A stretch of 64,000 nt of DNA from an uncultured Methanosarcinales archaeon. Lineage in GTDB: Archaea > Nanobdellota > Nanobdellia > Woesearchaeales > ARS49. Under the pieces are notes generated by a model that was not told the DNA's origin, searched no databases, and worked only from the letters and a program-made list of their open reading frames with translations. Below, piece by piece: positions 57,800 to 64,000 of this stretch (position 1 is its first letter; the number at the start of each line of letters is the position of its first letter). The position numbers and the translations under genes are program-made. The stretch spans positions 38,055 through 102,054 of the forward strand of contig CAYUPS010000002.1 of the NCBI GenBank assembly GCA_964445485.1, given 5' to 3'.

Positions 57800-58203
57800 G
57801 GGCCGCCTCCCGGCGGGAGGTCAGCCACTGCGCTCGAGGGCCTGCTGCCGATGCCGATGTAGCTGACGCCCAGCAGGATGAGCGCTATGCCGAGCCATCC
57901 CCATATGCCGACGGGATCGTCATAGAACAGCCAGGACATGAGCGCGACCCACACGTACCCTGTGGCGATGATGGGATAGAGCACGGAGAGGTCGCCGCCG
58001 CGCAGCGCAAGTATCAGGACGATTGCGCCGACGCCGTAGAGGCAGAGCCCGAGCCAGATGGGCCAGAGGGAGAGGACGAACGCGATGCCGATGACAGGGA
58101 GCGGCGAGGGGATGTGGCTCACGCCGAGCTTGTAGAGGATCTGGGCCAGGCTCGTGAGGAGGGTGCAGAGGAAGACCAGCGCGATAGAGCGTCCTGATGT
58201 CAT
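57796..58203 (-). CDS. EamA-like 4-TM half-transporter, partner of 57443..57799
   Basis: Four TM helices, single EamA domain. Confidence 0.5.
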   Translation of the reverse strand: MTSGRSIALVFLCTLLTSLAQILYKLGVSHIPSPLPVIGIAFVLSLWPIWLGLCLYGVGAIVLILALRGGDLSVLYPIIATGYVWVALMSWLFYDDPVGIWGWLGIALILLGVSYIGIGSRPSSAVADLPPGGGP

Positions 58204-59941
58204 TGCTCCTTGTCCCCGTAGAGGGCTTCGACGAAGACGGCGTAGGCGGGGCGCGTGATGAGGACTCCCGCGAGGACGCCGAGTATCGTCGTGATGGCGA
58301 AGCCCTTGAGGAGGCCTGCGCCCGCGACCCAGAGGGGGATCATGGCGACGCAGAGTGTCGTCGCGGCGGAGAAGACGATGAAGAACGCGCTCTTGAGCTT
58401 GTCCTTCCAGTTGCGTCTGCCGCCCGTGCCTCCGCGCAGCGTCTCATCAGTGATGACGATCTGGTCGTTGACGCCTGTGCCGACCGAGGCGATGAGGCCT
58501 GCGATGGCGGCCACATCGATGGACCAGCCGACGAGCGCGGCCATGCCGAGGACGATGAGGATCTCCGAGAGGGAAGTGAACATGATGGGGACGGCGATGG
58601 CGAAGCTGCGGTAGTACGCGATGAGGATGCCTGCGACGCAGATGAGGGCGATGATGGCCATCATCCATGCGTTCTTGGTGAATTCCTCGCCGAGCGCGGG
58701 AGAGAGGGCGTCTGCGCGGACGACCTCGAGCGTTGTGGGCAGGCTGCCTGTGATGAGGATGGTCTGGAGGCGCTTCATGTTGCGCAGCGTGTCGCTCTGC
58801 GCGTCCTGCAGGGTGGGACCCGCGCCGCTGCCGGAGATGGCGATGGCGGTGACTGCCCTGCCGCGCAGCTCTGAGGATATCTGGAGCCTGTCGACCTCTT
58901 GGTTGTCGAGGTAGAGGATGATGGGCTCTGAGAGGTAGGAGCGGTCCTCGGGGCTGAAGCCGAGTTTCGCTGTCGCTTCGGACTGGCGCGCCGCCGCTTC
59001 GGGGCTGAGGGTGATCTCGAAGAAGAAACCGCAGGCGTAGCCTTCGGCTGACGTGCCGCAGCCTCTGTTGGGGTCGATGCCGGAGCAGTGCGCGGTGCGG
59101 CACACGTAGGTCACGTCATCGCCGCCTTTGAAAACTGTCTGGTTGGCGATCTTCGCCTCGAACTTCCCTTGTCGGGAGAGGAGGTCACGGACCTCGTCTT
59201 CGGATACGCCCGCCATCTCGACCAGGACGAAACGGTCGTCCTCCCCGAGAATCGACTTGCCGCGGACCTGCGCGATGACGACATCGGAGAGGCCGTAGAC
59301 GTTCAGGCGCTCTTTCATGTTGTCGAGGAGCGCGTCCATGAGGTCATCGGAGACGTCTTCAGTGGGTTTGAGGATGACGCGGGTGCCGCCCTGGAGGTCG
59401 ATGCCCTTGCGGAGATTGCTTGTCGGCGCGTCAGAGACGCGGATGCCTATATCCGCAGGTCCCAAGGATTCGACGCGCACCTTGGGCGCTTCCTTGGTGA
59501 CATTGACAGTCACGTTCGTGAGCGTGCGGGTGCCGTTGACAGTGACGTTGCGCTCAACAGTCTCTTCGACAGTGACATTCTCCGTCTCGTTGAGAATGAT
59601 GCTGCGCGTGCGCTCCCTGACCGCGAGCCGGTATGTCTTCGCGGTGGTCTTGATCGTCACGGTCTGGTTGACGGTGAATTTGGAGGTGATGTCGTAGTAC
59701 TGCTCCTCGGAGTTGACGGGGATGTTGTTGATGGCGAGGATGACTTCTCGTGACATCGGTTGCGTGTTCGAGGCGGGGCTCTTCATGCCTGCCAGTTCTG
59801 CGCTGCTGTTCTTGGCGATGCCTTTGATGGCCACGCCCTCTGACCAGAAGCTCGGCTGGAGCGTCCATATCGCGGACGCGAGGATGATGAACAGGAGGAT
59901 GACTTTCCAGTTCCTGAGTGTCTTGAGGAGGCGCTCGTTCA
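58200..59941 (-). CDS. secD: Protein-export membrane protein SecD
   Basis: N-terminal TM, large periplasmic loop, C-terminal six-TM RND-like domain (GTGVNDQIVI). ATG MNERLL overlaps the secF stop (ATGA). Confidence 0.8.
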
Positions 59942-60838
59942 TTGCTTGGCACCCCGCTGCTCTTTGCGGTCCATGTACCAGCGCAGGATGCCGGCGTTCT
60001 GGATCCACGTGTTCAGCACGTCGAGGAGGAGGCCGATGAGGAGGATGAGCATGATCTGCTTGATCGTGTCGGACTGGGTGAAGAAGTACCCGACGGTCAC
60101 CGCGACAGTGGCAGTGAGCGTCATGGTCAGGCCTGTGCGCATGGCGTTGTGGATGGCCTGCACGACAGTGCCTTCCTTGCGGTGCATGACGCGGCTGGTG
60201 AGAAGGATGTCTGTGTCGACGGAGTAACCGATGAGCATGAGGAATGCCGCGATGCCGGCAGTGGAGAGGCGGATCTCGAGGAAGGAGGCGATGGCGAGGG
60301 TCTCGACGATATCCGCGACAGCGGCGAGGATGACGAACAGAGAGGGGAGGAAGGAACGGAAGGTGATGAGGACGACGAGGCTCATGGCGAGGAATGCCAT
60401 GACCATGGCGATGATGGTCTGGCGGAAGAAGCTCTCGCCAAGGGATGTTCCGATAGACTCAGCAGTCACGCCTTCAGGGTCATAGGGCGTGCGCGTCGAG
60501 TCGAAGACGGCGAGGACCTCATCTTCTGTCATGTCTGTCGCTTCGACGATGATGGCTTTGAGCGATCCGGCTTCAGTGATTCTGCGCACAACGATGTCGC
60601 TGGAGGGGTGCGCCTGCTGCAATGCCCGCTCGATGAGAGGGACGTCCACATCGCCGGTCGTGAGCGCGGTGAGGCTCAGGCCTCCTTTGAGGCTGACACC
60701 CTTCGCGATGAATTCGCCGGTCGTGGCATACTGGAAGAAGAGGAACGCGATGGCGCCCACGAACATCAGGAGCGTGGCGTAGAGCAGGACCTTGTAGTGA
60801 CGGTCCATGAAATGGAGTATGGGGGCTGTCAGAGTCAC
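59939..60838 (-). CDS. secF: Protein-export membrane protein SecF
   Basis: N-terminal TM, periplasmic domain, six-TM C-terminal region. Confidence 0.8.
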   Translation of the reverse strand: MTLTAPILHFMDRHYKVLLYATLLMFVGAIAFLFFQYATTGEFIAKGVSLKGGLSLTALTTGDVDVPLIERALQQAHPSSDIVVRRITEAGSLKAIIVEATDMTEDEVLAVFDSTRTPYDPEGVTAESIGTSLGESFFRQTIIAMVMAFLAMSLVVLITFRSFLPSLFVILAAVADIVETLAIASFLEIRLSTAGIAAFLMLIGYSVDTDILLTSRVMHRKEGTVVQAIHNAMRTGLTMTLTATVAVTVGYFFTQSDTIKQIMLILLIGLLLDVLNTWIQNAGILRWYMDRKEQRGAKQ

Positions 60839-60888
60839 GAGGACACCAGGCCGGCGGAAACGACAAGCCGTTTTTAAAGATAGCGGTG

Positions 60889-61494
60889 TCAGATGAAGGC
60901 AGCGTAGAGGTTACGGACTACATGGAAACCGTCGAGCGGCGGGATAGGCAGGAGGTTCAGTATGAAGAGCAGCCTGTTGATCTCGCGCAGGCCCACGAGG
61001 AAGATGAACCTGGTCTTGGATCTCGGGGCGCGGCGCGAGAGCATGTACGCGCTGCCGCGCCAGAGGACGAGATGGACGAACGGGCCTGCGAACGCGATGG
61101 CCGCCTGCACCAGAGGCGCGCCGGATTCCGCCATCGAGACATACCCCGGCACGATGAAGAGGAACGGGAAGTGCAGCACTTTCAGGAGCACACCGACAAA
61201 CAGGAAGCCGTAGTGCGCATGGAAGGTGGCTGCGATGCCAGCCGTGATGGCAGTGAACTTATGGCCCATCTCATGCAGCACAATCGAGCTGCCGGTAACC
61301 GCGCAGGAGAGCCAGAACGCTCTCGCATCGAAGCGGGAAACGGCAAAGCGCGCCCGGAACACATCCATGAAGATGTAGCCCGTGACGAGCGTCATGAGGA
61401 CGATGTCAAACGTTTCTTGCAGCGAGAGCATGCGAAACACTCTGCCCGGCACATATATAATGGTTACCTGAAGGCAATCGATATAAACAGGCAC
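60889..61494 (-). CDS. M50-family (site-2-protease-like) zinc metalloprotease, small form
   Basis: HEMGH motif and a downstream LDG motif within TM helices. The true start may be an internal Met. Confidence 0.5.
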   Translation of the reverse strand: MPVYIDCLQVTIIYVPGRVFRMLSLQETFDIVLMTLVTGYIFMDVFRARFAVSRFDARAFWLSCAVTGSSIVLHEMGHKFTAITAGIAATFHAHYGFLFVGVLLKVLHFPFLFIVPGYVSMAESGAPLVQAAIAFAGPFVHLVLWRGSAYMLSRRAPRSKTRFIFLVGLREINRLLFILNLLPIPPLDGFHVVRNLYAAFI

Positions 61495-61508
61495 GCGACC
61501 ACGAAGCC

Positions 61509-61865
61509 ATGACAGTCCTCATCGCGACGCTCGGCGACGACGGCGGCACGTGGGCGCACCTGCGCGAAGTCATCGCAGGCGACACGTGGGAGCATGTATA
61601 CCTCCTCTCGAGCGCGGATCAGCGGGACGCGCTGCCGCACATCCCCGGACCGATCACGCGGCTCGGCCTCGACATCAAACAGCCGCTGCCCATCCTCACT
61701 GAGACGATCTGCATGGCGCTGGACGGCAAGGTCTTTGGTGACGCGGCAGTCAACCTCATCTCAGGCAGCGGGAAGCTGCACATGGCAGTCCTCGCCGCGC
61801 TCTTGAGGATCGGCGCGGGCGTGCGCCTTGTCGCGCTCACCGCAGACGGCGTCAGGCAGATCTAG
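61509..61865 (+). CDS. Small hypothetical protein with Rossmann-like (CARF-like?) N-terminus
   Basis: MTVLIATLG... beginning; 118 aa. Confidence 0.3.
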   Translation: MTVLIATLGDDGGTWAHLREVIAGDTWEHVYLLSSADQRDALPHIPGPITRLGLDIKQPLPILTETICMALDGKVFGDAAVNLISGSGKLHMAVLAALLRIGAGVRLVALTADGVRQI

Positions 61866-62541
61866 GGCCGGACGGCATGATGCCATACCACATATAGAGG
61901 AAGCGGTCGACCGCACGGATGATCTCCATCCCCTCTCCTTTGAGGACGAGGCAGCGTCCCTGCGCAAGTATCGACGCATCGCCTTCAGGCACGAGCAGGA
62001 TGACTGATTTATTCTGGTCCTCGCACGTGACGATCGGATAATCCGCGCATGCATTGACCGGCTCTGCAGGATTGCACTGACGGGACGCATTCGACCAGCA
62101 TGCGCTGATCGCCGTGCGCTGCAGGGGGCCCTTGAGGGCGAAGCCGAGATCGCCTGCGGCGAGCGAAAGGTACTTGAACTTCTCGCACGGCGTCGCGTTC
62201 GCATCAATCACGACGTACACTTCCTTCTCGTCGTTGAACGCATCATCGAGCGCGCCGACAACCGATATGGCCTCCACGTCTGTCGGGCTGTAGCGCATGC
62301 CGATGGTGTAGGGCGTCTCGCCGTTCTGCCACTGCGTGTACCAGAACCCCTCCTGCTGTGTGAATGTGAAGAAGTTGTACGTCAGAGTGGGCGCCTCGGT
62401 CGGCATGAACTGGCGCACGGCGAATATCACGAACACGCAGACCGCGACGAACACGACAAGCAGCGCGTACACGCGAAGACCGCTGTCGCGGACGGGCTCG
62501 AGAACCTGCTCCTGCCGAGGCTGCGGGGCATCATCGCTCAT
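61852..62541 (-). CDS. Membrane-anchored hypothetical protein (N-terminal TM, Cys-rich extracytoplasmic domain)
   Basis: One TM near the N-terminus. C-terminal ...RFLYMWYGIMP resembles the C-terminus of the adjacent gene. Confidence 0.35.
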   Translation of the reverse strand: MSDDAPQPRQEQVLEPVRDSGLRVYALLVVFVAVCVFVIFAVRQFMPTEAPTLTYNFFTFTQQEGFWYTQWQNGETPYTIGMRYSPTDVEAISVVGALDDAFNDEKEVYVVIDANATPCEKFKYLSLAAGDLGFALKGPLQRTAISACWSNASRQCNPAEPVNACADYPIVTCEDQNKSVILLVPEGDASILAQGRCLVLKGEGMEIIRAVDRFLYMWYGIMPSGPRSA

Positions 62542-63116
62542 CGCGGCATGACACCCACGAGAGCGTAGATGAGCCTATCCGTCATGGCGATAAGCGCGCT
62601 CGGGGTGGTGGAGCGGGCGATGACGCAGAATCCTTCGCGAACGACCTCGGTGGTGTTTCCCGTGTCGAGCATCAGGACGGGGATGCTGGCAGTCGCGTTC
62701 GCGCAGGACACGCTCGGAAGCGTGACGTTCGTCGCGTTCGCGAGAGCGGGGAACACATAGGTCTGCCCGCCGCGCAACCGGGTCATGAGCGTCGCGAACT
62801 CGTACTGCACAACGGAGAAGTCCTGCGCCTGGAACGACTGCGCGTCATAGGTGACGGCGAGCGCGCGCGTGTTGAGCAGGAGATCGAAGACGTCATCAGG
62901 CACGGCGAGCGTCTCGAGCTGGTCAGGGACTGTCGAGAACGATACCTGCTGGCCGGCGATCGTCGTCAGCCATCTGCCGTCGCGGCCCTGGTTGAACGAA
63001 TAGCCGTGATACCTGACTTTCGTCAGGTCGCCGGAGCCCATCGTGATGACGAATCCGAGCGTGCTGAGCACCATCGTGCCGATGATGAACCAGGTCATCA
63101 GGGTCTTTGTCTGCAT
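62538..63116 (-). CDS. Membrane-anchored hypothetical protein, paralog-like to 61852..62541
   Basis: N-terminal TM, C-terminal ...RLIYALVGVMPR. ATGA overlap with the downstream gene. Confidence 0.35.
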   Translation of the reverse strand: MQTKTLMTWFIIGTMVLSTLGFVITMGSGDLTKVRYHGYSFNQGRDGRWLTTIAGQQVSFSTVPDQLETLAVPDDVFDLLLNTRALAVTYDAQSFQAQDFSVVQYEFATLMTRLRGGQTYVFPALANATNVTLPSVSCANATASIPVLMLDTGNTTEVVREGFCVIARSTTPSALIAMTDRLIYALVGVMPR

Positions 63117-63120
63117 GGGA

Positions 63121-63192
63121 AGCCTCCGGAGGGACTTGAACCCTCAACCCCCACCTTACGAGAGTGGTGCTCTACCATTGAGCTACGGAGGC
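63121..63192 (-). tRNA. trnT: tRNA-Thr(CGU)
   Basis: Minus-strand GCCTCCG TA GCTC AATGGTA GAGC A CCACT CTCGTAA GGTGG GGGTT GAGGG TTCAAGT CCCTC CGGAGGC T; anticodon CGT. Confidence 0.8.
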
Positions 63193-63194
63193 GC

Positions 63195-63349
63195 TAACGG
63201 ATGTTCGCGACCTGCTCCTCTTTGGTGGGGAAGCGCCGCTGGCACGCGAAGCAGATGGTGTGCGGTTTGCCTTCGCGCTTGACCGTCGTCCCGAGCGGCT
63301 TCTTGAGGAAGGTCTCGCCGACCGCCGCGCCGCAAATCCCGCACTTCAT
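63195..63349 (-). CDS. Small zinc-ribbon protein (51 aa, CxxC...CxxC), leaderless, immediately upstream of tRNA-Thr
   Basis: MKCGICGAAVGETFLKKPLGTTVKREGKPHTICFACQRRFPTKEEQVANIR. Below the ORF-track size cutoff. ATG 26 nt from the TATA. Confidence 0.45.
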
Positions 63350-63374
63350 CGCCGCAGGGCAAGCTGTGAAACAT

Positions 63375-63382
63375 TTATAAAG
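63375..63382. promoter_or_regulatory. Palindromic TATA box TTTATAAA shared by divergent leaderless genes
   Basis: Midway between ATG 63349 (minus) and ATG 63404 (plus). Confidence 0.45.
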
Positions 63383-63403
63383 CTTCTGCCGATGGCTGGG
63401 ACC

Positions 63404-64000
63404 ATGCCCCGAATCGCTGTCGTGCAGCCGGACCGTTGCAACCCGCAGGGCTGCGGAGGCTACCTGTGCGCGCGTGTCTGCCCCGTCAACCGCGACGGCG
63501 CCGACTGCATCGTACCAGGCCCCGCGCCAGGGAAGAAGGCAAAGATAGATGAGAAACTCTGCACGGGATGCGGCATCTGCCCCAACCGCTGCCCTTTCGA
63601 AGCGATCGCGATCGTCAACCTGCCCGAAGAGCTCTGCGCGCAGCCCATCCACCGCTACGGCCAGAACGGGTTCCATCTCTACAACCTGCCAACGCCCGTC
63701 TTCGGACAGGTCGTCGGCCTCGTGGGGCGCAACGGCATCGGCAAGAGCACCGCCATCAAGATCCTCGCCGGCGCCCTCAAGCCGAACCTCGGGACTGACA
63801 AAGAAGCCACGTTCAAGGACCTCCTGAAATTCTTCAAAGGCGGCGAAGCCCAGACCTTCTTCGAGCGTCTCGCGAAAGGAGATATCGTCGCGAGCTACAA
63901 ACCGCAACAGGTCGACCTCATACCTCACACCGCCAAAGGCACGGTCAAGCAACTCCTCACGAAAGTCGATGAGCGCGGCGCGATGGACCAGACACTCGAC
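63404..64000 (+). CDS. abcE1: ABCE1 / RNase L inhibitor-like ribosome-recycling ATPase, 3'-truncated by the window edge
   Basis: N-terminal 4Fe-4S domain (CNPQGCGGYLCARVCP, CTGCGICPNRCP) followed by ABC Walker A GLVGRNGIGKST. Confidence 0.8.
   Translation, partial: MPRIAVVQPDRCNPQGCGGYLCARVCPVNRDGADCIVPGPAPGKKAKIDEKLCTGCGICPNRCPFEAIAIVNLPEELCAQPIHRYGQNGFHLYNLPTPVFGQVVGLVGRNGIGKSTAIKILAGALKPNLGTDKEATFKDLLKFFKGGEAQTFFERLAKGDIVASYKPQQVDLIPHTAKGTVKQLLTKVDERGAMDQTLD

Noticed and set aside
1-64000. Search for CRISPR arrays, IS elements, integrases or prophage genes
   Set aside because: No direct-repeat/spacer arrays, no transposase, integrase or recombinase-like ORFs, and no terminal inverted repeats were seen. 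tRNA-adjacent regions contain surface-protein genes but no integrase.

Overview
This window is a high-GC (about 60-65%) archaeal chromosomal segment. Archaeal hallmarks are TFS, NucS/EndoMS, Taw1, deoxyhypusine synthase, an archaeal-type Sec11 signal peptidase, AglB/STT3, geranylgeranyl reductase, ABCE1, a PGF-pre-PGF surface protein, and TATA boxes about 25 nt upstream of mostly leaderless start codons. I call about 70 protein genes, tRNA-Trp(CCA) with an anticodon-loop intron, tRNA-Thr(CGU) and an orphan 5S rRNA. There are no CRISPR arrays and no obvious transposons.

The left third (1-30 kb) is mostly housekeeping: a membrane-tethered wHTH regulator, DUF460, signal peptidase, TFS, NucS, a ThyX-like/nucleotide-kinase/Tmk dTMP locus, Taw1, a translationally coupled MoxR-VWA-phosphoesterase-MFS block, an ABC1 kinase, topoisomerase IA, a secreted Lon-domain protein, a PLD nuclease lipoprotein, deoxyhypusine synthase, bacterial-type MetK, NUDIX and PolX. 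Two large cell-surface proteins follow tRNA-Trp (30.8-35 kb).

The most striking part is a roughly 20-kb glycosylation island (37.2-58.2 kb). It contains:
- an AglB oligosaccharyltransferase whose C-terminus is fused in-frame to an FKBP-type peptidyl-prolyl isomerase domain;
- GT-C-like polytopic membrane proteins, four GT2 enzymes (two as duplicated GT2-DUF2304 modules), a CE4 deacetylase, UDP-GlcA decarboxylase-like and UDP-glucose dehydrogenase genes;
- a complete bacterial-style ADP-heptose pathway (GmhA, bifunctional HldE, an epimerase) with a GT9 heptosyltransferase;
- a UbiA-family prenyltransferase and a pair of half-size EamA (ArnE/ArnF-like) transporters.

The region ends with SecD/SecF, an M50 protease, paralogous membrane-anchored proteins, a small zinc-ribbon ORF and the partial start of ABCE1. 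Many adjacent genes overlap by ATGA/TAATG, which implies translational coupling. Several divergent gene pairs share a single palindromic TATA box. All calls are from reading the sequence and translated ORFs; no database searches were run.
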